NCBI GenBank assembly: GCA_014382705.1
Contig: JACNJE010000082.1
Coordinates: 19,665 to 83,664, forward strand
Source: Verrucomicrobiota bacterium
GTDB lineage: Bacteria > Verrucomicrobiota > Verrucomicrobiia > Limisphaerales > UBA1096
Reading direction: 5' to 3'
Length of the DNA stretch: 64,000 nucleotides
Positions 48,634-57,409 of this stretch are shown piece after piece. The position numbers were made by a program, and so were the translations under genes. The notes beneath the pieces are model-generated. The model did no database searches. It saw only the letters and a list, made by a program, of their open reading frames with translations, and had not been told where the DNA came from. Within the stretch, counting starts at the first letter, position 1; every line of letters starts with the position of its first letter.

Positions 48634-48745
48634 AATCAAGTGGGATGCGCTTGGCCAAGTCCCGGCCGTGAACTTGCCAAGACGCGGACGCTCACACAGG
48701 ATGCGGCGGCGCGGCCACCGCTTGGCCATGCGCCAAGCCAGCCTT

Positions 48746-51700
48746 ATGAGCCGCTTCCTGCATTTTCCCATTCTGCGTCACATTTGCCTGCTTTGGCTAG
48801 TCACGGGGTTGCCGTTGGCCAAGGCGGCCGAGCCGCCCGCCGCTTTGCCGCTGCTGGTGCAGCTCGAGGGGCAGGCGCTGGTTCCGTTTTATCTGGAGCA
48901 ACAGCAGGCCGGCCTCGGGCGCGTCGCGCTTGGCCAAGCGGTACGGCGACAGGCCAAGCGCATCGCCGCCGGGCAGGACGCGTTGGCCAAGCGGCTCGAG
49001 GCGGACGGTGTCCGGGTGACCCGGCGCTACTCCCGGCTTGTCAATGCCATGCGGGTTCGGGTCGCCCCGGAGAAGAAGGCCGCTTTGGCCAAGCAGGCCG
49101 GCGTGAAACGAGTTGAGCGGTTGCGGGTTTACGCGCCGCTCACCGCGAAAAGCGTCCCCGCAGTCGGCGCCAAGACAGCGTGGGGCACGCGCGCCACCGG
49201 CTTCGACGGGGCTGGCATGCGCATCGCCGTGATCGACTCCGGGTTGGATTACACGCACGCGATGTTCGGCGGCGCCGGCACGAAGGAGGCGTATCAGTCA
49301 AACGACGCCAACAAAGTCGAGGAGGGCACCTTCCCCACCGACAAGGTCGATGGCTGGGATTTTGCCGGCAGGGACTACTCCGGCGAGGAGGACGTGCCGC
49401 TGCCGGACGGCGACCCGCTCGACCGGTCCGGTTACGGCCACGGCACCCATGTCGCGGGGATCGTCGGCGGAGTCGGCGTGACAAAGCAGGGCCAGCCGTA
49501 TGACGGCGACTACTACGCTGGGCTGGATTATTCCAGCTTCCTCCTCAAGCCGGGAGTGGCCCCGAAGGCCAAGTTGTATGCGCTGAAGATTTTCGGCGAC
49601 AACGCGCTCGGCACAACGAACCTCGTCCTCGACGCGCTGGAATGGTGCGCCGACCCCAATGGCGACAACGACTTTTCCGACCGCGTCGACGTGGTCAACC
49701 TTTCGCTCGGCTCCACGCTGGGCCTCGAGGAAAAACATGAGGCCGAGGCCGAGGTGTTCGCTCACCTCACGCGGCTGGGCTGCGTGATCGTCTCGGGCGC
49801 TGGCAACTCGAACAACAACAATTTCTACCTCGTCGCCGCGCCCGGAGTGGAGCGGTCGGTCATTGCCGTCGGCTCGGCCAAGCACGACGGCGAGGTGTAC
49901 CGCATGGCAGCGCACAGCGCGCGCGGGCCGTCCTCCCCGTACAGTCTGCTCAAGCCGGAGATCACCGCGCCGGGTGAGTTGATCCAGTCGGCCAGGATGG
50001 GGACTGGCACCGGCGGCGCGTGGTTCACCGGCACCTCGCTGGCCACACCGCACGTTGCCGGGGCGGCCGCCTTGGCCATGCAGGCGCATCCCGGCTGGAG
50101 CGCCACCGAGATCAAGGCATCGCTGCTGAATACCGCCAACCCGATGCGGCACCAAAACGGCACGCCGTACCCGGAGTCACTTGCCGGAGCCGGGTTCCTC
50201 GACGTGGCTCGCGCGGTCACCACCCCCGTGACGGCCATGGCGGAGGGCAACGACGGGCTGACGACGCTGTCACTCGGCGCGCTGGCCCTCGCCAAGCCGT
50301 GGGAGGAGACACGGCAAATCCGGGTGGCCAACCATGGCGACACGGCGGCCCAGTTTGCCCTGTCCATTGAGGAAACGGTTACGGAAACCGGCTTTGGCGT
50401 CGAGTTGCCGGTGAATCAAGTCACCGTCGCGGCCGGGTCGCACGAGTTGGTGCCGGTGCGATTCCACGCCGACCCGGCCCAGTTCGACCGCACCGGCGAC
50501 CCGCTCACCCCGGCCAAGCTCAACGACCGCGCCCGAAGCTGGATTTACGAGGTCAGCGGCAAGGTCGTGCTGGCCAACGACACCGGGAAACTGCGGGTGC
50601 CGTACCACGCCGTCGTCCGCGCCGCCGCAGACCGGAAAAGCTCACTGTCCCGGCTTGGCCTGCCGGCCCGCGATCTCGTGACGCTCGAGCTGCCGCTCGA
50701 GGGCGGCTCGGCGCACCCGAGGCCGCTGGTGTCGGTGTTCGAGCTGGCCGGGATCAGCCCGCGCAACAAGTTGCTCACCGACCCGGCCGACATCGCCGCC
50801 GACATACTGGCGTTCGGCGTGGCGTCGGACTACCCGCAAACCGGCTCGGTGGCGGAGACGACGCTTTACTTCGGCATCGCCAACGCCGGGCCATGGACGA
50901 ATCCGCACTCGTTCCTTTACGACCCGCACCTGCAGATCGACATCGATTTCAACGGCTGGATCGACCACGAGCTGGCCAGTTGCAGCAACGGCGGCTTCAT
51001 CAAGGATGACCTCACCGTGTCCGCCTACGCCGACGACGTGTTTCTCTCCATCCTCATCCGTGTGCCACGCGATGAGCGCGGCATGGCCGATGCCGGCTAC
51101 CTCAACGTCTTCCCGCCGAACCAGTACGACACGGTGCCGTTCAACAACAGCGTGATGGTGCTCCCGGTCCCGGCGCGCTTGCTCGGGCTCAACGAGGAGA
51201 AAACTGACTTTCAATTTCGCCTGCTCAACCTCGGCCCGGAGCAGTACGGCTACCCGGAGATCGACCGCACGGAGCTGATCCGCTACGACGTGACCCAGCC
51301 GGTGGTGCACTCGGCGCTGGGCATCGGCGGCACGGTGATGCACGACGCCAACGCGCCGGTGCACGTCGCCGTGGACCGCGGCTTGGCCAAGCGGAACGGC
51401 CTCCGGCCCGCCGTGCTGCTGCTGCACCACATGAACAGCGGCGCCCACAAGTTCGACATCGTGGCGCTTGGCCTCGATGCGGACGACGGCGACGGTGACG
51501 GGGCGAGCGACGCCGACGAGCTTGCCGCCGGGACCGACCCGGCCGACCCGGCCTCGGTGTTCGCCATCCTGGCAGCGAGGCCAAGCGCGCCCGGCCCGGA
51601 GATCCGCTGGCACAGCGTGGCTGGCAAATCGTACCAAGTGCAGCGGACCGCCGCGCTTGGCCAAGCGTTCGAGACCGTCTCCGGCCCGCTGCCGGCCACC

Positions 51701-51775
51701 CCGCCGGTCAACGTGTTCATCGACAAAAGCGCGCCCGGGGAGGGGGCGTTTTTTTACCGAATCGTGAAACCGTGA
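48746..51775 (+). CDS. Secreted subtilisin-like serine protease (peptidase S8) with a C-terminal acidic Ca-binding-like repeat
   Basis: Catalytic triad contexts VIDSGLDYTH (D), GHGTHVAGIVGG (H) and GTSLATPHVAGAAALAM (S). Signal peptide MSRFLHFPILRHICLLWLVTGLPLAKA. The ORF upstream of 48746 is treated as non-coding. Confidence 0.85.
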   Translation: MSRFLHFPILRHICLLWLVTGLPLAKAAEPPAALPLLVQLEGQALVPFYLEQQQAGLGRVALGQAVRRQAKRIAAGQDALAKRLEADGVRVTRRYSRLVNAMRVRVAPEKKAALAKQAGVKRVERLRVYAPLTAKSVPAVGAKTAWGTRATGFDGAGMRIAVIDSGLDYTHAMFGGAGTKEAYQSNDANKVEEGTFPTDKVDGWDFAGRDYSGEEDVPLPDGDPLDRSGYGHGTHVAGIVGGVGVTKQGQPYDGDYYAGLDYSSFLLKPGVAPKAKLYALKIFGDNALGTTNLVLDALEWCADPNGDNDFSDRVDVVNLSLGSTLGLEEKHEAEAEVFAHLTRLGCVIVSGAGNSNNNNFYLVAAPGVERSVIAVGSAKHDGEVYRMAAHSARGPSSPYSLLKPEITAPGELIQSARMGTGTGGAWFTGTSLATPHVAGAAALAMQAHPGWSATEIKASLLNTANPMRHQNGTPYPESLAGAGFLDVARAVTTPVTAMAEGNDGLTTLSLGALALAKPWEETRQIRVANHGDTAAQFALSIEETVTETGFGVELPVNQVTVAAGSHELVPVRFHADPAQFDRTGDPLTPAKLNDRARSWIYEVSGKVVLANDTGKLRVPYHAVVRAAADRKSSLSRLGLPARDLVTLELPLEGGSAHPRPLVSVFELAGISPRNKLLTDPADIAADILAFGVASDYPQTGSVAETTLYFGIANAGPWTNPHSFLYDPHLQIDIDFNGWIDHELASCSNGGFIKDDLTVSAYADDVFLSILIRVPRDERGMADAGYLNVFPPNQYDTVPFNNSVMVLPVPARLLGLNEEKTDFQFRLLNLGPEQYGYPEIDRTELIRYDVTQPVVHSALGIGGTVMHDANAPVHVAVDRGLAKRNGLRPAVLLLHHMNSGAHKFDIVALGLDADDGDGDGASDADELAAGTDPADPASVFAILAARPSAPGPEIRWHSVAGKSYQVQRTAALGQAFETVSGPLPATPPVNVFIDKSAPGEGAFFYRIVKP

Positions 51776-51886
51776 CCGCCGTCAGGGCGTATGCCCTTTG
51801 CCCCGTGCAAGGGCGAACCGCGAATTATGCAGACTCATTTTCTTCAGATTGACGAACGGGGGCAAATCACGCACCCTCACCGCCCC

Positions 51887-53488
51887 ATGTCCCTGAAACG
51901 ATTTTTTTGCGGGCTCACGACCCTTGCAGCGCTGGCCTCGGCCGGTGCCGCCGAGATTCCCAGCGGCGCTGTTACACTGGAACAGTGCATCCAGATCGCG
52001 CTCGAGAACAACCTCAACCTCCGCATCTCGAATTACCAGCCACGGCTGGCCGGGCTGAATCTGCAGGGGGCCTACGGCGCGTACGACCCACGGCTGAGCC
52101 TCGGCGGCACCGACGGATTCCGCGAAAGCAAGGGCCGCTACAATCCACTCGAGTTCACCATCCCGTCCAGTGAAACCGATTCGTTCCGGCACAACATCGG
52201 CCTGAACGGCCTGCTGCCGTTTGGCACGCGCTACAGTCTCGGCCTGAACTCCTCCGAGACCACCGGCTCCGACGCGTTTGATTTTCCGTTCGGCAGTTAC
52301 GGCACCGGGTTTTTTGCCACGGTCACCCAGCCGCTCCTCCGGGGTGCGTGGATCGACGGCACGCGGATGAGCATCAAGCTGCAAAAGCAGCAGGTTGAGA
52401 ACTCCTCCCTCACCGTCATCCGGCAAATCACGCAGACCGTGTCCAGCGTCGAGCTGGCCTACTACGCACTCATCGCCAGCCGCGAGAACGTGACCGTCGC
52501 CGAGGAGACCCTCGCGTTGACGGAGAAAAACTACAGCAACCAAAACCGCCGGGCGGAACTCGGCACCCTGGCCAAGTCGCAGCTGCCCCAGCTCGAGGCC
52601 GAGGTCTTTTCACAGAAAGCCTCGCTGCTCTCCGTCCAGAACAGCTACGCCGACAGCGTCAACAACCTGAAGCGCCTCTTGACCGACGATTTTGCCACCG
52701 TCCAGAGCACCGAGCTGCTGCCGGTCGGGGAACTCAACCCGGTGCAGACCGTGTTCAGCCGCAACGACAGCTGGAGCAAGGCCCTCAGCCAGCGCCCGGA
52801 GATTCTCCAAAGCCAAATCTCGCTCGAGAACGCCGACATCCGGCTCAGGTTCAACAAAAACCAACTCTACCCCCAGCTGGATCTGCGCGCGACCTACGGG
52901 CTCTCCGGCAGCGACACCGCCGAGACCCTCCACCGGTACCCCGACGGTACCGTGTCCAAGAATCCGTACAGGGATCCCATCACGAAACGGATCGTCTCCA
53001 CGGCGTTTGTCGATAAGGCGGCTTCGTTTAATTCCGCCTTCCGGGACATCCGGCACGGCGACTACCCGAACTACTCCATCGGCCTGACCTTCAGCATCCC
53101 GATCCCCAACCGCTCGGCCCGCGCCGGCTACAAGGCCGCGCAGTTGCAGAAGGAGCAGGCGGTGTTGCAGCACAAGGAGCTGGAGCAATCCATCATGCTC
53201 GAGATCGACCGGCTCATCCGCGACGCCGAGTACCGGTTCGAGCAGATCTCCGTCACGCGGCAGGCGCGGCTCAGCAGCGAACTGGCTCTCCAGCACGAAA
53301 CCAAGCGGTACGACGAGGGGGCCATCGAGAACTATCAGGTGCTGCAAGCCCAGCGGGATCTCACCAACCGGCGCTATTCCGAGATCAACGCGAAGGTGCA
53401 ATACCTCACGGCGCTGTCGCGCCTGGCCCAGGCCGAGGGCAGCACGCTCGAGAACAACAACATCAACGTCGAGTTCGAGGAGGAGTAA
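51887..53488 (+). CDS. TolC-family outer-membrane efflux protein
   Basis: Signal peptide MSLKRFFCGLTTLAALASAGA. Two-repeat OEP architecture (LEQCIQIALENNLNL..., ...YQVLQAQRDLTNRRY...YLTALSRLAQAEG). Confidence 0.75.
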   Translation: MSLKRFFCGLTTLAALASAGAAEIPSGAVTLEQCIQIALENNLNLRISNYQPRLAGLNLQGAYGAYDPRLSLGGTDGFRESKGRYNPLEFTIPSSETDSFRHNIGLNGLLPFGTRYSLGLNSSETTGSDAFDFPFGSYGTGFFATVTQPLLRGAWIDGTRMSIKLQKQQVENSSLTVIRQITQTVSSVELAYYALIASRENVTVAEETLALTEKNYSNQNRRAELGTLAKSQLPQLEAEVFSQKASLLSVQNSYADSVNNLKRLLTDDFATVQSTELLPVGELNPVQTVFSRNDSWSKALSQRPEILQSQISLENADIRLRFNKNQLYPQLDLRATYGLSGSDTAETLHRYPDGTVSKNPYRDPITKRIVSTAFVDKAASFNSAFRDIRHGDYPNYSIGLTFSIPIPNRSARAGYKAAQLQKEQAVLQHKELEQSIMLEIDRLIRDAEYRFEQISVTRQARLSSELALQHETKRYDEGAIENYQVLQAQRDLTNRRYSEINAKVQYLTALSRLAQAEGSTLENNNINVEFEEE

Positions 53489-53499
53489 GCCAAGGCGAA

Positions 53500-53587
53500 G
53501 GGAGGGACGAGTTCCACCTAGTCCCAAATGTTAGCCGCGGTGGTGTCACCAAAAAAAGTTTCGGGCGAGGTGGAACTCGCCCCTCCC
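53500..53587. repeat. Long inverted repeat (19/20 bp arms, 48-nt loop) in the tolC-like/EEP convergent spacer
   Basis: GGGAGGGACGAGTTCCACCT (53500-53519) against AGGTGGAACTCGCCCCTCCC (53568-53587). A related GGGACGAGGTGGAACCCGTTCCTCCC lies at 63118-63143. Confidence 0.7.
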
Positions 53588-53588
53588 C

Positions 53589-53604
53589 GCGCTTGGCCAA
53601 GCGC
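53589..53604. repeat. 16-bp palindrome GCGCTTGGCCAAGCGC touching the EEP gene stop codon
   Basis: Read from the sequence. The same 18-mer CGCTTGGCCAAGCGCTA occurs at 54492. Confidence 0.9.
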
Positions 53605-54449
53605 TACTCCAGCGTGATAACCGCCGTGACCGGCAGATGGTCGCTGGGGTATTGTTTCGTGTTGTCGTACAAGACAATCTCCGCCTCGGACACGCCCACC
53701 GTCCCCTTCGTGGCGAGCACCCAGTCGATCCGATTGTTACCCCTTTTATTTTGGCGAAACCCGTTGAAGGTGTTCCAGCCGGTGTTCAGCGCCTTCTTGG
53801 CCGTCAGCAGCGTATCCTCAAACCCGCCGCCGATCAGAGTCTTGTATGCCTTGTTGTGGAACGCTGTGGCGTTGAAGTCGCCCACCAGAATCACCGGCAG
53901 CTTGGTCTTCAGCGCTTTCACTTTTTTTGCGATCAACTCCGATGAGTTTTCCCTGGCGTTCTGCGACTGGTGATCGAAATGCGTATTCCAAAAGTAAAAT
54001 TCCTTTTTACTTTCCCGGTCTAGAAACCGCACCCACGTCACCATCCGCGGCAGCTCGTTGCCCCACGACGTGGAGGCAATCACGTTCGGCGTGTCCGAGA
54101 GCCAAAAGTCGTCAAATTCCAAAACCTCGAACCGGTCCGGCTTATAAAAGATCGCCATGAACTCACCACGGCTCCCGCCGTCGCGGCCGGTGCCCAGCCA
54201 GGTGTACTCCGGGATTTTCGAGCTCAACTCCTTGAGCTGATAAAACTTCCCCTCCTGCGTACCGATGATGTCGGGGTTGTTTTTTTTGATCAGCTCCGCC
54301 ATGGGTGGCAGGCGATCCGGCCAGGCGTTGGGCTTGCTGTTGCTGGCAAAACGGATGTTGTAAGTCATCACCTTGAGGGACTCGTCCGCGGACAAGCTTG
54401 GCTGAAGGAACAGCACACCGACAATTGAGAGAAGCAGGGTTGCTCGCAT
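53604..54449 (-). CDS. Endonuclease/exonuclease/phosphatase (EEP) family protein, secreted
   Basis: LKVMTYNIRF..., IGTQE, WNTHFDH, VGDFN and SDHLPV motifs of the EEP fold. Confidence 0.7.
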   Translation of the reverse strand: MRATLLLSIVGVLFLQPSLSADESLKVMTYNIRFASNSKPNAWPDRLPPMAELIKKNNPDIIGTQEGKFYQLKELSSKIPEYTWLGTGRDGGSRGEFMAIFYKPDRFEVLEFDDFWLSDTPNVIASTSWGNELPRMVTWVRFLDRESKKEFYFWNTHFDHQSQNARENSSELIAKKVKALKTKLPVILVGDFNATAFHNKAYKTLIGGGFEDTLLTAKKALNTGWNTFNGFRQNKRGNNRIDWVLATKGTVGVSEAEIVLYDNTKQYPSDHLPVTAVITLE

Positions 54450-54491
54450 GCGCCTTGCCTACGCGAATCACCGGTCGTCTACAAGCGGCAA

Positions 54492-54505
54492 CGCTTGGCC
54501 AAGCG
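54492..54505. repeat. Palindrome copy abutting the AEC permease stop codon
   Basis: Exact 14-mer immediately followed by CTA (the TAG stop on the minus strand). Confidence 0.9.
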
Positions 54506-55465
54506 CTATTGCCCGATGAATTTCAGATCCAAAAACGCCGCCCCGGCCCGGAGCCAAAGCGGGATCGTGGCCAGGCTGACCAGTGTCGTGGCGATCGCCA
54601 CCTGCGTCGCGATCACCGGGCTGCCGCCGTACATGCGGGAGATCAAAATCGGAAACATCGCCGCCGGCATCGAGGCCTGAATCAGCAACACCTGCCGCAG
54701 CTCGGTCGAGCACGGTAGCCATTTCGCCGCCGCAATCATCAGCACCGGCAGCAGCCCTATCCGCAGAAGGATGCTGGTCCAGCACACGCGAAATGCCGAC
54801 CGGAATTCGCACTCGGCGAAGTACTCCTTCATCATCGCCCCCATCAACAGGATCGACATCGGGATGGCGCACATGCCGAGCATCTCGATCGACTTGGCGG
54901 CCACCTCCGGGATGTACTCGCTGAGCCCGGTGGCATTCACGATGAGCGCAGCGACCACCGAGAGAAACGGTGCGTTGAGCGCCTTCTTCCATGCCGTGCT
55001 GAGGTCGCCATGCAACAGCATCACGCCAAGCGACCACATCGCCAGCAGGGTCCCCACATTAAACACAAACAACACCGCAACGGCATTGGCGCCAAAGAGC
55101 GACTCGCTGAGCGGGATCGGCACGAAACCGAAGTTGAACACGCCGATCGTGATGGCGTACGTGCGCGCCTTCGGCCCGGTCTCGCCCGTGGCATAACGCC
55201 GCACCATCCAGCCCACCACTATGCCAATCGCGATGGAGAAAAAACCCACCACCGGAGGCAGCCAGACGTTCTCCGGCTGGCGAATCGCCTCGTTGCCGCT
55301 GATCTTGCTGAAGGCCAGGCAAGGCAGCAGCACGTTCATCGCCACGCGCATCAGGCTGTCGTCCGCCTCACGGGTCAGCCAGTTGATCCGGCGAAATTGG
55401 TACCCCAAAAACGTGATCAAAAACACCGGCACCACCGCCGAGAAGACTTTTAAAATTTCGGCCAT
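54506..55465 (-). CDS. AEC-family (auxin efflux carrier-like) permease
   Basis: 319 aa with about 10 TM segments. N-terminal MAEILKVFSAVVPVFLITFLGY and overall similarity to the membrane-transport (Mem_trans) family. Confidence 0.7.
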   Translation of the reverse strand: MAEILKVFSAVVPVFLITFLGYQFRRINWLTREADDSLMRVAMNVLLPCLAFSKISGNEAIRQPENVWLPPVVGFFSIAIGIVVGWMVRRYATGETGPKARTYAITIGVFNFGFVPIPLSESLFGANAVAVLFVFNVGTLLAMWSLGVMLLHGDLSTAWKKALNAPFLSVVAALIVNATGLSEYIPEVAAKSIEMLGMCAIPMSILLMGAMMKEYFAECEFRSAFRVCWTSILLRIGLLPVLMIAAAKWLPCSTELRQVLLIQASMPAAMFPILISRMYGGSPVIATQVAIATTLVSLATIPLWLRAGAAFLDLKFIGQ

Positions 55466-55480
55466 CTGCGCTTGGCCAAG

Positions 55481-56020
55481 TTAGGCAAGAAAGGAAGCCA
55501 CGAGTGATTCAAATTCGAGGCGTTGAACGTTTTGGAGCGCGTCAACGTGTTGGCCGGCGTGCATGGCCGACTCCACGGCATCGACGAAGGCGAGCGGATC
55601 CCATTGGCCACCGGGAACCAAGCGCTTGGCCAAGACCTCGTTTCCCGTGGTGCCGAGATACGCCTCCACCTGGCTGGCCAAGGCCGGGTAACAGGGATGA
55701 TCGCCCGTGCGACGACACCAATACTTTGCATTGGGATAATCCGGCTCGCGGCGGTGCATGATCCCGTGCAGAAAACTGCCGTCCGCCGTGCCGATTTCCT
55801 GCGAAACCGTATGCGACTCGTCGAGATGGTCGTGCCACAGTAGCGCCGCTGCCTTGGCCAGACGGGCGGCCGCGCCATCCAAGCCAAGCGCATCTACAGC
55901 TTGGACAAGAGCCGCGCTGGGCTGCGCTGACGGCCTGACCTCCGGCCCAAGCCCTGGAAGACCTTCAGTTTCAATGGCCAACAAAAACAAATCAAATTTC
56001 TCGTTACTGGTGTAAGCCAC
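55481..56020 (-). CDS. Hypothetical protein
   Basis: 179-aa ORF in an operon-like position, with a conserved-looking HGIMHRREPDYPNAKYW segment. No family recognised. Confidence 0.35.
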   Translation of the reverse strand: MAYTSNEKFDLFLLAIETEGLPGLGPEVRPSAQPSAALVQAVDALGLDGAAARLAKAAALLWHDHLDESHTVSQEIGTADGSFLHGIMHRREPDYPNAKYWCRRTGDHPCYPALASQVEAYLGTTGNEVLAKRLVPGGQWDPLAFVDAVESAMHAGQHVDALQNVQRLEFESLVASFLA

Positions 56021-56021
56021 A

Positions 56022-57374
56022 CTATTTCAATTTATCGTAAAGCTGATAACACCCCACCATGACCATTGCCAAGACAGACAACATGAGAAAAAATTTCCAA
56101 ACCATCCCCGGGTGCAACCTTTTGTCGATTCGCATAAACAAAAAGTAGGCCGCCGCAATGGCAAGAAATGGCAACAACGCTCCCTGTGCAATCGAGCCGT
56201 AGACGATCAACGTGACCGGCTCGCCGAAGATCAGTGAAATTAAAAAGGAAAAACCCACGAGGAGGACTACCCCAATCTTTACCCATTTGGCTCGGTCTTC
56301 TTCAGAATCAAATTTTCGAATCTTAAATACTGGAATGCAATCGGCAAAAAGCCGTGAATTGGCAGCTGTGGCTGCAAACACAGTCGAAAACAGGACGCAA
56401 AAGCACCCTATCTTGAATAACATCACCCCTGTGTCACCAAACGCTCCTTCATACATGCTGGAAAGTGTGGCGATCATTCCTACATCACCGACTTCTTGCC
56501 CAGTGCGGTGCAATGTGGCTGCGCCGAGCAGGAAAAATGCGCAAGTGGCGGCAGTATAAATTGTACAGGAAATCCACGCGTCCCATTTCATCACGTTGAG
56601 CCAACCGTGTGCCCTGTCGAGCCAGCCGACCGTATTGTCGTTTTTTCCGGTGAACTTTGCATAGCCTTTTTCCAGACACCAATAGGGGTAGTAAATTAAC
56701 TCAGACGTCCCGACTCCAATAATGGCAAATGCGGCAAACGCCGTCGTAAATTGATCCGGAAATTTAAACTCAAAACCTTCAGCAATGTTCGATGGAACGA
56801 TTTTGAATTCGGTGAATTGCAAAGCAACGAGCGCCACAATAGTGAAGATCGTGAACAGTAAAACCATACCAATGCAGACTTTCTCCACCAGCCGATAGCG
56901 TCCGGAGAGCAACAAAATTATCGTTACTGCAGCCACCCCGAGTATCATCAAACGATGGCCGATCCCCGGCTCCTGAAAAACCAGTGAGGCAAGTCCGTCC
57001 ATCATTCCGGCAATCTGGAGACAAGAACCGATATACATGACCACCCAAAACCAGACCATCCACGAGGCTTGAACAGTGATCACGCTGTTCTCCGTTCTCC
57101 ACGGAAATTGGAATCGAGGCCCTGGGACGCTGTCCATCGCTGCCAAGGTGGTCTTGCTGTGTGTAATGGCGTATCGGCCCAGTTCAACCTGGATAAACAC
57201 CTTTATCAGACAGCCAAAAATGATGAACCACAAGAGCGAGAAGCCGGCTTCGCCGGCAAGCTTGGGCGTCATAATCAACTCACCGGAGCCCACGATCGTA
57301 GCGGTGATGATCAGGCCGGGTCCTAGATGGCGAAGGATGCCTTTGAAGTTTGTCGGTGCTGGCTTGGTGTCCAT
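56022..57374 (-). CDS. Nramp-superfamily transporter, non-canonical (lacks DPGN / MPH metal-site motifs)
   Basis: 450 aa with about 11 TM segments. GPGLIITATIVGSGELIMTP stands at the position of the Nramp TM1 motif. Markedly lower GC than its neighbours. Confidence 0.65.
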   Translation of the reverse strand: MDTKPAPTNFKGILRHLGPGLIITATIVGSGELIMTPKLAGEAGFSLLWFIIFGCLIKVFIQVELGRYAITHSKTTLAAMDSVPGPRFQFPWRTENSVITVQASWMVWFWVVMYIGSCLQIAGMMDGLASLVFQEPGIGHRLMILGVAAVTIILLLSGRYRLVEKVCIGMVLLFTIFTIVALVALQFTEFKIVPSNIAEGFEFKFPDQFTTAFAAFAIIGVGTSELIYYPYWCLEKGYAKFTGKNDNTVGWLDRAHGWLNVMKWDAWISCTIYTAATCAFFLLGAATLHRTGQEVGDVGMIATLSSMYEGAFGDTGVMLFKIGCFCVLFSTVFAATAANSRLFADCIPVFKIRKFDSEEDRAKWVKIGVVLLVGFSFLISLIFGEPVTLIVYGSIAQGALLPFLAIAAAYFLFMRIDKRLHPGMVWKFFLMLSVLAMVMVGCYQLYDKLK

Positions 57375-57409
57375 GAGTTGTTGAGTGGGTGTTAGCTTGA
57401 CCCGTCAGT

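Noticed and set aside
48026-48745. N-terminal 240 codons of the 1249-aa ORF that ends as the S8 protease. Similar 5' extensions occur in ORFs 60184..62481, 26379..27947, 57410..58477, 15897..19352 and 3778..5337.
   Set aside because: The upstream parts overlap other genes or spacers and read as junk peptides rich in LAKR/LGQA/AWPS (palindrome translations). A proper signal peptide or conserved N-terminus begins at an internal start codon, and those internal starts were used.
51776-51830. Overlapping short hairpins (AGGGC-GTAT-GCCCT; GCCCTT(T)GC-N5-GCAAGGGC) after the S8 protease stop as a terminator.
   Set aside because: The stems are short or bulged and no U-tract follows, so the evidence is too weak to call a terminator.
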